DNA of 61,994 nt, the filler included. It is 4 parts of 4 records of this genome, joined end to end, with 100 filler letters (N's around TTAATTAATTAA, not from the genome) between each part and the next. Parts side by side here need not be neighbours in the genome. Positions count along the whole stretch, not along the records: positions 30,851 to 45,252 come from DRR378314_1713; positions 45,353 to 53,239 come from DRR378314_1718; positions 53,340 to 61,994 come from DRR378314_1728; 1 more part is not named here. One strand, given 5' to 3'. Positions 44,256 to 53,552 of this stretch are shown here, one piece after another (the first letter of the stretch is position 1; each line of letters begins with the position of its first letter). Under the pieces are notes generated by a model. The model had not been told where the DNA came from and ran no database searches. It worked only from the letters and a program-made list of their open reading frames with translations. A program made the position numbers and the translations under genes.

Positions 44256-45252
44256 CTGCGATCGGGTAATGTTTATAACAACCAGAGAAGCCAGCCCGAT
44301 GTGGCCGTGAGCATTCTTCTAAAGCAACGCTGCAATCCGGAAAGTTACAAGCAAACTCTGTTCGTGGTGCATCTTCAGCGGAAAGTACGGCGCTTCTATA
44401 GAGGTGGTTGGCAGAGCGTATCGACCAGAGCCATCCCCCAGCGCATACGGCTGACGCAGAGCCCCCGTTTTCCATTCCCGTACGTGGCTTCAACCACGAG
44501 ATTTGCGAACGGCGTTGAAAAATTCATTGCCTTCGCCACATAAGTAGAAAGAAAAAACAAACTGTAAGTGCGCGGGCTAAGGAAGCAAGGGAAGAAATTT
44601 TCACTGCGCGCACTGTCATGGAGAAGGGCGTCGCCACAGGCGAGTAGAGCAACACAGCGAGTTGCTCCACGATTGTCCGCGCAGGACACGGCGTCATTTG
44701 GTTCGGCAGTCGCCCAAACGTAGCCGCACATTCCCGCAAGGTGGGCAATAGTCGACGGCACTGGTACTGCTTGCATTCTACAATTCATACTCGTTAATAC
44801 CGATCATGCGAACTCGCAGACACAGGGGGCAAAGCGACGTGCAGAGATGCCGGCGCACTACGGAGCAAAACCGCACACTCGCACGGAAGCTGGGCAGTTG
44901 GGACGGGCGGAAGAACTACCAGCAGTTTCTGACGGCCACGCGCTGCGACGCCGCCAGAGCACGGTCTGCAACCGGAAACGGGGTTAAACCGACTACCGTG
45001 CGCGAGATTTCCAGTGGCACCAACGCATTGTGCGATGTGGATCCCTCTGGGATCCCTAGAGGGAGTTCCCGTCGATGGGGAAGAAAGTGCAGACCGCTGC
45101 GGCTCAGCGCGTAGCAGCAGCAGAGAGCGGCACGGACAGCGCCGATTGCGCTTGGGCAGTTGACGCAGTTTCGCGTCGACGCGGACCGCTGGGTGCAAGC
45201 TGTGCAAATATTCTTCCCACGCAAGGATTCCAAACAACATTTTCGATATATA

Positions 45253-45352
45253 NNNNNNNNNNNNNNNNNNNNNNNNNNNNNNNNNNNNNNNNNNNNTTAA
45301 TTAATTAANNNNNNNNNNNNNNNNNNNNNNNNNNNNNNNNNNNNNNNNNNNN
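45253..45352. other. Artificial contig spacer
   Basis: N-run with TTAATTAATTAA. Confidence 0.99.
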
Positions 45353-45862
45353 GTGACCCACGACCAGACCGAGGCGCTGACCATGTCGGACCGCGTCGCA
45401 GTGTTTGACGATGGCCGCATCCAGCAGCTGGCACCGCCGGATCAGCTCTATGAAGAGCCTGCGAACAGCTTTGTGGCGCAGTTCATCGGTGAGAATAACA
45501 CGCTTGAGGGGGTGATTAAGGAAATCAGTGACGGTCGTGCGCTGGTCGAGTTGGACGGCGGCGAAGTCATCGATGCCATGCCGATCAACGTTTCCGAAGT
45601 CGGTCAGCGCACCCGCGTTTCGATCCGCCCGGAGCGTGTCGAATACAACAAGGAACGCCTGCAGGAGGGTGTTCACACGCTCAAGGCCGAGGTGCTGGAA
45701 TTCATCTACATGGGTGATATTTTCCGCACGCGTCTGAAGGTGGCGGGCAATGATGAGTTCATCATCAAGACCCGGAACGCTCCTGACCAGGTTCGTCTTC
45801 AGCCCGGACAGCAGATCGAAATCGGCTGGCTGCCCGAAGACTGTCGCGCGTTGGACGCCTGA
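45353..45862 (+). CDS. PotA-like ABC ATPase, C-terminal part (5' truncated)
   Basis: [36 protein letters not shown]-like tail. Confidence 0.9.
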   Translation: MTHDQTEALTMSDRVAVFDDGRIQQLAPPDQLYEEPANSFVAQFIGENNTLEGVIKEISDGRALVELDGGEVIDAMPINVSEVGQRTRVSIRPERVEYNKERLQEGVHTLKAEVLEFIYMGDIFRTRLKVAGNDEFIIKTRNAPDQVRLQPGQQIEIGWLPEDCRALDA

Positions 45863-45957
45863 ACGGCGTTCGACTGCGTATCGGAACCCCCGGCAAGACC
45901 AAAGGATCGGGGGACGAAACATCTGAAAATTAGTGTCTCAACAAGGAGAATACGAAT

Positions 45958-47061
45958 ATGAAACTGCGTAAACTGACGGCACTTGTCGCCACGACCGCAC
46001 TCTGCGCGCCGATGGCCTTTGCCGCGGATATGGCGGATGAGATGACCATCGTGTCCTGGGGCGGAGCCTACTCCAACTCCCAGATCAAAGCCTACAACGA
46101 GCCCTATGCCGAAAAGACCGGCGTTAAGATCATCAACGACGAAAGCTCTGCCGAAGCTGTTGCCAAGCTGCGTGCGATGGACGAAGCGGGCAATGTGACC
46201 TGGGACGTGGTTGACGTCGTTGCGGCGGATGCGATGCGTCTGTGCGATGAAGGCCTGGCGATGGAAATCGACCCGGACGAGCATCTCGCCCCAGCACCTG
46301 ATGGTACCTCTGCCGAGGAAGACTTTGGCGACCTGCTGGTGTCCGACTGCTTCATCCCGCAGATCGTTTATTCCACCACTTTCGGCTATCGTACGGACCT
46401 CGTGGGTGACACCGCGCCGACCAGCGTTTGTGATGTGTTTGATCTCGAAGCCTACCCGGGCAAGCGCGCCCTGGAAAAGCGTCCGATCAACAACATGGAA
46501 TGGGCGCTGCTCTGTGATGGCGTTGCCAAGGACGAAGTCTACGACGTTCTCGAAACCGAGGAAGGTCAGGAACGCGCGCTGGCGAAGCTCGACACAATCA
46601 AAGACAACGTGATCTGGTGGTCCGCTGGTGCAGATACGCCGCAGCTGCTGGCAGATGGCGAAGTCGTTATGGGCTCCACCTACAACGGTCGTCTGTTCTC
46701 GGTGATCGAGGAGCAGGACCAGCCGGTTGCGATGCTTTGGGACGCGCAGGTGTTCGACCTGGACGGCTGGATCATCCCGGCAGGTCTCTCGGACGAGCGT
46801 AAGGCCCGTGCTCTGGACTACATCTACTTTGCCACCGACACCCAGCGTCTTGCGGATCAGGCAAAGTACATCTCCTACGGTCCGGCACGTGCGTCGTCCG
46901 CACCGCTGGTCGGCAAGCACGCCGAACTGGGTATCGAGATGGCGCCGCACATGCCGACCGATCCGGCAAACGCCACGAACACCTTCCTGTACAACTACTC
47001 TTTCTGGGCTGACTACCGCGACGATATCGATGCGAAGTTCCAAGCCTGGCTCGCTAAGTAG
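45958..47061 (+). CDS. Polyamine/opine-family ABC substrate-binding protein (PotD/PotF-like)
   Basis: Signal peptide, VSWGGAY, VTWDVVD, QLLADGEV, YNGR; AAGGAG SD. Confidence 0.9.
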   Translation: MKLRKLTALVATTALCAPMAFAADMADEMTIVSWGGAYSNSQIKAYNEPYAEKTGVKIINDESSAEAVAKLRAMDEAGNVTWDVVDVVAADAMRLCDEGLAMEIDPDEHLAPAPDGTSAEEDFGDLLVSDCFIPQIVYSTTFGYRTDLVGDTAPTSVCDVFDLEAYPGKRALEKRPINNMEWALLCDGVAKDEVYDVLETEEGQERALAKLDTIKDNVIWWSAGADTPQLLADGEVVMGSTYNGRLFSVIEEQDQPVAMLWDAQVFDLDGWIIPAGLSDERKARALDYIYFATDTQRLADQAKYISYGPARASSAPLVGKHAELGIEMAPHMPTDPANATNTFLYNYSFWADYRDDIDAKFQAWLAK

Positions 47062-47078
47062 TAGGGCGCACTGCCCGT

Positions 47079-47105
47079 ACCGGAGAGCGATCATCGCTCT
47101 CCGGT
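47079..47105 (+). other. Intercistronic stem-loop after SBP gene (probable mRNA stabiliser)
   Basis: ACCGGAGAGCGAT-C-ATCGCTCTCCGGT inverted repeat without U-tract. Confidence 0.55.
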
Positions 47106-47197
47106 CTCCTCTTCGGCGCGGCATCGCATGACCCGCCTGCGGCGAAGAGATAAACCCCGCTCTCAAAAAACGACGCGGGAAGACAACAGGGACAATC

Positions 47198-48877
47198 ATG
47201 AGTGACACAACTCAATCCGGCCCGGTCCTTGCGGCAGACGGTACGCCGCTGAAGCGCAGCCTGGCCCGTGCGTTGAGGATGCAGAAGATACGGGCCTTGA
47301 TGCTTATCGCACCGCTTCTGCTCTTCGTTCTTCTGACATTCATTCTCCCGATCGCGGACATGTTGTTCCGCTCGGTTGAGAACCGCATCGTATCCGACAC
47401 CCTGTCCGAGACCGTGGTGAGGCTGGAAGACTGGGATGCTCTCAGTGGTGAAACCCCGGATGAAGCGGTCTACGAAAGCCTCTATTACGATCTTTTTGTT
47501 GCAGCCGAGGCCAAGGAGCATACCAAACTTGGCACCCGACTGAACTACGAGCAGACTGGCATTTCATCGCTCTTCCGTGGCAGTGGCCGTAAAGTGGATG
47601 ACATTGGCGAAGATCACGTCAAGGCCATCGAACGTGCCAGTGACGGGGCGCTGAAGGACGAGGCGCTCTGGTTCGAGATCATGACAGGCGGCAGCAATGC
47701 CGAGGGCAACACGGCCCTTCTGGACGCTCAGCGCTTGAAAATGGAACAGCTGACGAGCGAAAGTTTTGCGGCTGACATCGGTTTTGTGCCCGGCGCTGAA
47801 ATTTCAGAACTCTTCCCGCGCATGGCTGTTGCCTATACGGATTTCGCACTCTTCACAGCTGTCGCTGACGAAGATGTCGTGGCTGAAGAAGATCCATGGG
47901 AAACGGTCTTCGTGGCCTTCGCGCACTCAGTTCAGGCAGACGGCGGTGCCGAGGCTTTGGCCAGTTACTCCGGTCCCGGAGCGGCCGAGCTTCAGGCTGC
48001 GGCTGCGGCCATCGCTGATCTGGAACCGATCGCGTTCAAAACCGCATTCCTCGAAATCGACGAGGATTGGGGCGACCTGGGCAACTGGCGGACGATGCAG
48101 ACCTACAGCCCGACGTACACCAGCGGTTATTTTCTGAATTCCATCGACATGCAAAAGGGGCCGGAAGGCGCCGAGCCACGTCCTGAGAATCAGCAGATCT
48201 ACATGACGCTGTTTGTACGTACGATGATCATGTCGCTGATGATTACCGGGTCCTGTATCCTTCTGGGGTATCCGGTTGCCTGGATCTTGGCGAACCTGCC
48301 GACCCGCTCGGCCAACATGCTGATGATTCTCGTGCTGTTGCCATTCTGGACATCGCTGTTGGTGCGGACCTCTGCCTGGAAAGTCATGCTGCAGCAGCAG
48401 GGTGTCATCAATGATGTGCTTGTCTGGCTCGGACTGGTGGGCGACGACGCGCGCCTGGTGATGATCAACAACCAATTCGGTACTATCGTGGCAATGACCC
48501 ACATCCTGTTGCCGTTCATGATCCTGCCAATGTATTCGGTGATGCAGACCATCAACCCGACCTACCTCCGGGCGGCGAAATCGCTGGGTGCAACCAATTG
48601 GACAGCCTTCTGGCGGGTTTACTTCCCGCAGTCGGTGCCCGGTATCGGCGCGGGTTCGATCCTCGTCTTCATTCTGGCGATCGGCTACTACATCACGCCT
48701 GAAATCGTTGGTGGTACCAAGGGTGTCTTTATTTCCAACCGGATTGCCTACCACATCTCGTCCTCGCTCAACTGGGGCTTGGCGGCGGCGCTCGGGAGTA
48801 TCCTCCTGGCGGTCGTGCTGCTGCTCTACTGGGCATATGACAAGATCGTCGGCATCGATAATGTGAAGTTGGGATAA
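47198..48877 (+). CDS. PotB-like ABC permease with large periplasmic insertion
   Basis: LLPFWTSLLVRT, ILLPFMILP, AAKSLGA EAA loop; long acidic loop after TM1. Confidence 0.9.
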   Translation: MSDTTQSGPVLAADGTPLKRSLARALRMQKIRALMLIAPLLLFVLLTFILPIADMLFRSVENRIVSDTLSETVVRLEDWDALSGETPDEAVYESLYYDLFVAAEAKEHTKLGTRLNYEQTGISSLFRGSGRKVDDIGEDHVKAIERASDGALKDEALWFEIMTGGSNAEGNTALLDAQRLKMEQLTSESFAADIGFVPGAEISELFPRMAVAYTDFALFTAVADEDVVAEEDPWETVFVAFAHSVQADGGAEALASYSGPGAAELQAAAAAIADLEPIAFKTAFLEIDEDWGDLGNWRTMQTYSPTYTSGYFLNSIDMQKGPEGAEPRPENQQIYMTLFVRTMIMSLMITGSCILLGYPVAWILANLPTRSANMLMILVLLPFWTSLLVRTSAWKVMLQQQGVINDVLVWLGLVGDDARLVMINNQFGTIVAMTHILLPFMILPMYSVMQTINPTYLRAAKSLGATNWTAFWRVYFPQSVPGIGAGSILVFILAIGYYITPEIVGGTKGVFISNRIAYHISSSLNWGLAAALGSILLAVVLLLYWAYDKIVGIDNVKLG

Positions 48878-48883
48878 GACAAC

Positions 48884-50059
48884 ATGGCACTGACACCTGT
48901 TCAAAATCAGACCCCCGCCTTCACTGCCGCAGTGGCAGCCTGCGCGGGGGGCTTCTTCGGCCTCTTCGTTGGCACCGCGCAGGGATCGGGTCTTCTCGGT
49001 CTTGTGATCGGCGCTGTCCTTCTGGGGGCGATGGGCTTTGCCTTCACCCATATGCTGGACCAGCAGAAACCGATCCGCTGGGTGACTACTGTGATCTTTG
49101 GCGTGCTGGGCTTCCTGTTCGGCGGCCTGCCCGCAGCGGTACTCGGGTTGCTCTTTGGCTGGTTTGCTGGCTGGTTCACCTTCTGGCTCGCGACCTCCAG
49201 CTATCGCAAACGCCTGCCGCCGTACCTGACCCCCGGTCAGGTTCTGTGGCACTTCAGTTTCCGGGTGATCTGCGGTGCGATCTTTGTGTTCCTGATCACG
49301 CCGATCCTCGTGGTGATGCCGCTGAGCTTCAACGCCGAGAACTTCTTTACCTTCACCCCGGAGATGTTGCGGTTCGATCCGGAGGGTTACTCGCTCCGCC
49401 ACTACAGGGACTTTTTCACCAATGACGACTGGCAGCAGGCGTTGTGGAACAGTCTGAGTATTGCGCCGATGGCCACATTGCTTTCGGTGAGCTTCGGTAC
49501 CTTGGCGGCGATCGGTCTCAGCCAGCCGCATGTGCCTTTCCGCCGCGCGATCATGGCGGTGCTCATCTCGCCAATGATCGTGCCGTTGATCATTTCGGCT
49601 GCGGGCATGTACTTCTTCTACAGCCGGATCGGCCTGCAAGGCACCTACTTTGGTGTGGTTCTGGCGCACGCGGCGCTTGGCATTCCCTTCGTGATCATCA
49701 CTGTCACCGCAACACTGGTGGGTTTTGATCGTTCGCTGACGCGAGCGGCTGCGAATATGGGGGCGGGACCCATTACGACCTTCTTCCGGATCCAGATGCC
49801 ATTGATCCTGCCCGGTGTGATCTCGGGTGGCCTGTTTGCCTTCATTACTTCGTTTGATGAGGTGGTTGTGGTGCTTTTCGTCGGCTCTGCCGGTCAAAAG
49901 ACGCTGCCGTGGCAGATGTTCACTGGTCTGCGCGAGCAGATCTCGCCGACAATCCTTGCGGTCGCGACCATTCTGGTGGGGATCTCGATCTGCCTGTTGA
50001 CGACGGTCGAATTCCTGCGCCGTCGCAGCGAGCGCCTGCGGGGCATGTCCCCCAGCTGA
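48884..50059 (+). CDS. PotC-like ABC permease with N-terminal TM extension
   Basis: SPMIVP, AAANMGA, FITSFDEVVV, TLPWQMF. Confidence 0.9.
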   Translation: MALTPVQNQTPAFTAAVAACAGGFFGLFVGTAQGSGLLGLVIGAVLLGAMGFAFTHMLDQQKPIRWVTTVIFGVLGFLFGGLPAAVLGLLFGWFAGWFTFWLATSSYRKRLPPYLTPGQVLWHFSFRVICGAIFVFLITPILVVMPLSFNAENFFTFTPEMLRFDPEGYSLRHYRDFFTNDDWQQALWNSLSIAPMATLLSVSFGTLAAIGLSQPHVPFRRAIMAVLISPMIVPLIISAAGMYFFYSRIGLQGTYFGVVLAHAALGIPFVIITVTATLVGFDRSLTRAAANMGAGPITTFFRIQMPLILPGVISGGLFAFITSFDEVVVVLFVGSAGQKTLPWQMFTGLREQISPTILAVATILVGISICLLTTVEFLRRRSERLRGMSPS

Positions 50060-50083
50060 TCCGGCGTACCTGCATGAAACAAC

Positions 50084-50110
50084 AAAGCCCCGCTGAAAGG
50101 CGGGGCTTTT
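50084..50110. terminator. Intrinsic terminator (probably bidirectional)
   Basis: AAAGCCCCGC-TGAAAG-GCGGGGCTTTT between convergent genes. Confidence 0.8.
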
Positions 50111-50164
50111 GGTTTGTGGGAAGCTGCCTGCGGGCACGAGAGCACGAATGCCCGTCGGCATGTG

Positions 50165-51529
50165 TCACCTCAGCATTTTCAGCAGGTCGAGCGAAGCATA
50201 GCCATCGGGCATCACGTTTTTGGTTGTTTGATAGGACCGGATCGCGGAGACGGTGTTGGGGCCGATCCGCCCATCGATGCCTTGTGTTGAAAACCCGGCC
50301 TCGGTCAGCCGCTTCTGAAGTTCCTTGCGTTCGGTGAAGGTCAGGGCACGATCTCCGCGAGGCCAATCGCCTTGGATCTTTGCACCGCCTTTCAGCCGAT
50401 CACTCAGGTGGCCGACGCCGATGACATAGGCGTCTGCGGTGTTGTAGCGCTCGATCACGGCGAAATTCTTGAAAATCATAAAGGCCGCCCCTTTGCCACC
50501 TGCGGGGAGCAGGATCGAGGCGCTGCCATGGTTGGCCACCGGTTTTCCATCCACCCCGCGCACGCCAAGTTTCGCCCAGTCGTCTGGGGTTTTCTTGACC
50601 TTGCGACTCGCCAGAGTGTAGTTGAAATTGCGGGGCAGAGTGACTTCAACGCCCCAGGGCTGGCCCTGAACCCAGCCGAATTTCTTCAGATACGCGGCGG
50701 TTGAGGCCAATGCGTCCGTTGGATTATCCGACCAGATGTCACGCTTGCCATCCCCGGTAAAATCGACTGCGTAGTCGAGGTAGGAGGTCGGAATGAACTG
50801 GGTATGCCCCATTGCGCCAGCCCAGCTCCCGGTCATGTTGCGCGGCGCCACGTCACCGGATTGCAGGATCTTCAGCGCCGCAATCAACTGACTCTCGAAG
50901 AACGGACCACGCCGCCCGTCAAAGGCCAGCGTCGCGAGCGAGCGGACGATGTCCATGCTGCCGCGATAGCTGCCATAGTTGCTCTCCAACCCCCAGACAG
51001 CAACCACCACTTCCTTGTCGACCCCATAGGTCTGTTCGATCTGGTTCAGAGCGCTGCGGTTCTCACGCAGGGCTTTGCTGCCGCTTGTCACGCGGGTATC
51101 TGAGGCCGCGCTGTCGAGGTACTCCCAGATCGTTTTGCTGAATTCGGATTGGTTACGGTCGTGTTTGATCACCTTTGGATCATAGGTCACACCGTTAAAC
51201 GCCTGAGACAATGTCGCCTGCCGGATGCCCTGCGCCTGTGCGCGGGTTTGAAAACCCAGTATCCAGGTAGCAAACCGCTGGTTCGCGGCAGCATCGGTTG
51301 GCGTTGCAATCGCGGGCTTGGCGGCTGCCGCCACAGAACTCCGGGCCACGGGGCGGACGTTCGTCGCGGCGGCGATCCGCAACGGCGCTTCTGCGTCCTG
51401 AATTGCGCCGGGTCGTACCGGGGGCCGTGGCGTGTCACTCAGACTGCTCTGATCAGATGACGCTGCGTGCACCAGACCCGCTTGGAATGCGACCCCGAGC
51501 CACAACGCTGTTTTTGCCCAACTGCGCAT
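50165..51529 (-). CDS. Lytic murein transglycosylase (MltB/SltB family) with C-terminal peptidoglycan-binding domain
   Basis: AVWGLESNYG, GSWAGAMGHTQFIP, DFTGDGKRDIW, IDGRIGPNT; probable start MRSWAK at 51529. Confidence 0.92.
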   Translation of the reverse strand: MRSWAKTALWLGVAFQAGLVHAASSDQSSLSDTPRPPVRPGAIQDAEAPLRIAAATNVRPVARSSVAAAAKPAIATPTDAAANQRFATWILGFQTRAQAQGIRQATLSQAFNGVTYDPKVIKHDRNQSEFSKTIWEYLDSAASDTRVTSGSKALRENRSALNQIEQTYGVDKEVVVAVWGLESNYGSYRGSMDIVRSLATLAFDGRRGPFFESQLIAALKILQSGDVAPRNMTGSWAGAMGHTQFIPTSYLDYAVDFTGDGKRDIWSDNPTDALASTAAYLKKFGWVQGQPWGVEVTLPRNFNYTLASRKVKKTPDDWAKLGVRGVDGKPVANHGSASILLPAGGKGAAFMIFKNFAVIERYNTADAYVIGVGHLSDRLKGGAKIQGDWPRGDRALTFTERKELQKRLTEAGFSTQGIDGRIGPNTVSAIRSYQTTKNVMPDGYASLDLLKMLR

Positions 51530-51634
51530 GTTCCACCTCAATATCGTTTATTTATTTGCATCAGTGTACCTTGATGCAGGCGGGCGCAAAAGCGCTCTCA
51601 TGCGGCCTATCAGCAGTCAGCGCCGCTTTGCCGG

Positions 51635-52327
51635 TCAGCCGAGGGTCTGGCTGCGCAAGTGATCTAGCGCTTCACGATAGAGCCGTACCCGATGCGGTCG
51701 AAAGGAGACCTCCGTCATCACGAGATCGCACATCCGGTCCAGTCGGAACACCCGGAAATCCTGCCGCAGCAGGCACCAGGCCACCAGGACGGTGGACCTG
51801 TCGAAATAGACCAGACCCAGCGGCTTGACTTGCCGCTGCGTGACGGCACCCTGAGCATCTTCATACCCAAAGGTCACTTCGCATTCGTCCCAAGTGGCCT
51901 GCCTCAGTTGAGCGGCATCAACCGCAGGCAATATTGGTGGGGCAAATCTGTGGGCCGAGAGCACCGCATGCTGCAGTCGGTCCGCCTGGCTTTGCGGCAG
52001 ACGCGCGCGCAGTTTCTTCAGCGCTGTGCGGGCAGCCTCAGACAGATCCGGGTCGCCTTTCTGCTGCACCTCGCAGAGCCCCAGCACCAGCGCCTCCAGT
52101 TCGGTGGCGCTAAAACCCAGCGGCGGCAGGGTGGCATCCTCGATCAGCGTAAAGCCGAATCCTGCCGCGCCGTCGATCACCGCCCCAAGGGCCCGCAACG
52201 CGTCGATGTCGCGGTGAATGGTGCGGGCCGAGACACCGTGGTCCTGCGCCAGCTGTTCGGCCGTCACCGGGGGCGGCAGCTGCCGCAGGGTCTGCATCAG
52301 GCGAAAGAGGCGCTCGGTCTTGGTCAT
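51635..52327 (-). CDS. YafY/DriD-like HTH-WYL transcriptional regulator
   Basis: MTKTERLFRLMQTL..TAEQLA..GVSARTIHRDIDAL; RQVKPLGL, LVAWCLLRQDFRVFRLDRM; probable start 52327. Confidence 0.92.
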   Translation of the reverse strand: MTKTERLFRLMQTLRQLPPPVTAEQLAQDHGVSARTIHRDIDALRALGAVIDGAAGFGFTLIEDATLPPLGFSATELEALVLGLCEVQQKGDPDLSEAARTALKKLRARLPQSQADRLQHAVLSAHRFAPPILPAVDAAQLRQATWDECEVTFGYEDAQGAVTQRQVKPLGLVYFDRSTVLVAWCLLRQDFRVFRLDRMCDLVMTEVSFRPHRVRLYREALDHLRSQTLG

Positions 52328-52349
52328 ATGTGAAGCATGCCTTTTCCTG

Positions 52350-52366
52350 ATGACGAAAACTGTCAT
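52350..52366. promoter_or_regulatory. Palindromic operator for the WYL regulator
   Basis: ATGAC-GAAAACT-GTCAT, flanked by CCT/AGG, between the divergent WYL and GST genes. Confidence 0.65.
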
Positions 52367-52413
52367 GAGGCCCCTGTAGCACATCCTCATTCCATCCAAA
52401 ACGGAGAGAGACG

Positions 52414-53127
52414 ATGTTGACCCTATTGAGCCATGGTGGCGGTGACGGATTTTACAGCTACAGCATGTTCTGCACCAAGGCGGCCCTGCTGCTGCAGATG
52501 TCCGGCGCGCGCTGGCAGCGCCAGGACGTGTTCGACCCGGCAGAACTGGCGTCGATGCCCCATGGCAAGCTGCCGGTGCTGCGCGACGAGACCGGCACGC
52601 TGATCCCCGACAGCGAAGGCATCCGCCGCTTCCTTGAGGCACGCGGGACGGATTTCGACGCCGGTCTGGACGCGGCGCAGAAGGGCCAGTCTCGCCTGCT
52701 CATCCGGATGGTGGATGAGGCGCTCTGGCTGCAGATGATGTGCGCCCGCTGGCTGGACGACGAGGGCTGGGCCGGCATGTTGCAAAGCGTCTTTGCCGGG
52801 GTGCCCGAAGAGCCTGTCAACGGGTTCCGTGCGGGGGTTCTGCAGGGGCTGCATTTCACCGGCCATTCCCGGTTCGACCGGGCGGAACGGCTGGCCCGGC
52901 TGCAGCAGGACCTGACGGCGCTGGGGGATGTGCTGGGAGAGCAGAGCTTCCTGTTCGGCGGGCAGATGACTGGTGCCGATTGCTCTGCCGCGCCGATGTT
53001 GCAAGCGATCTCGCGCGCGCCCGCCGCGCCGCAGGTGGTAGAAGTGGTGCAGCAACACCCAAAACTGCTGGCTTACATCGCCCGCGTCATGGACCGCGCC
53101 GCGCTGGAATTGCCGCAGGCTGCCTGA
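52414..53127 (+). CDS. Glutathione S-transferase family protein (metaxin/FAX-like)
   Basis: SMFCTK, PHGKLPVL, IPDSEGI, FLFGGQMTGADCS. Confidence 0.88.
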   Translation: MLTLLSHGGGDGFYSYSMFCTKAALLLQMSGARWQRQDVFDPAELASMPHGKLPVLRDETGTLIPDSEGIRRFLEARGTDFDAGLDAAQKGQSRLLIRMVDEALWLQMMCARWLDDEGWAGMLQSVFAGVPEEPVNGFRAGVLQGLHFTGHSRFDRAERLARLQQDLTALGDVLGEQSFLFGGQMTGADCSAAPMLQAISRAPAAPQVVEVVQQHPKLLAYIARVMDRAALELPQAA

Positions 53128-53208
53128 CGCAAGGCTGGCGATATGCCCATCCGGGAGCCCTCCCGCGCGTTTCCCTCGCATTGGAAATGCAAGCTCTCCC
53201 CTTGGGCC

Positions 53209-53239
53209 GGGCAGGCCGCGCCAAAGGCGCGGCCTGCCC
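53209..53239. repeat. GC-rich hairpin at contig end (REP-like extragenic element)
   Basis: Perfect 14-bp stem GGGCAGGCCGCGCC-AAA-GGCGCGGCCTGCCC; assembly breaks here. Confidence 0.5.
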
Positions 53240-53339
53240 NNNNNNNNNNNNNNNNNNNNNNNNNNNNNNNNNNNNNNNNNNNNTTAATTAATTAANNNNN
53301 NNNNNNNNNNNNNNNNNNNNNNNNNNNNNNNNNNNNNNN
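53240..53339. other. Artificial contig spacer
   Basis: N-run with TTAATTAATTAA. Confidence 0.99.
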
Positions 53340-53552
53340 CGCTGCCCCTCGCGCTCCCCGAGATATTTTTGAAAAGATGAAGAGGGGCGGCGCTGGGCAC
53401 GGGCGCGCCGCTCAAATTTGCCGCAATGCGGCATTTTTCTGCTGCTGCGAAGAAAAACCATGTTACCGTGATCCTCAAGGGGGCGCTTGCGTCATTCGTC
53501 CGGGCGCCCGCCCTGTTCGAGTGCACACAAAGGTCGACCCCGAGGAGATCAC

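Noticed and set aside
44256-45252. F-box-encoding first exons of the LRR gene
   Set aside because: Candidate exons tried did not give both correct phase and an F-box-like sequence
30851-45252. Numerous short Cys/Arg-rich ORFs in the track
   Set aside because: Intronic or antisense noise, or exon fragments extended into introns
47927-50161. 744-aa minus-strand ORF, and similar long antisense ORFs over the SBP, thiolase, ligase and ptsP genes
   Set aside because: Shadow frames opposite well-supported GC-rich genes
51635-52642. 335-aa extended WYL ORF and other upstream-extended starts (1912, 10798, 13157, 18796, 55857)
   Set aside because: Extensions overlap neighbouring genes or operators; downstream ATGs match family N-termini and in several cases have SD sites or stop-start coupling
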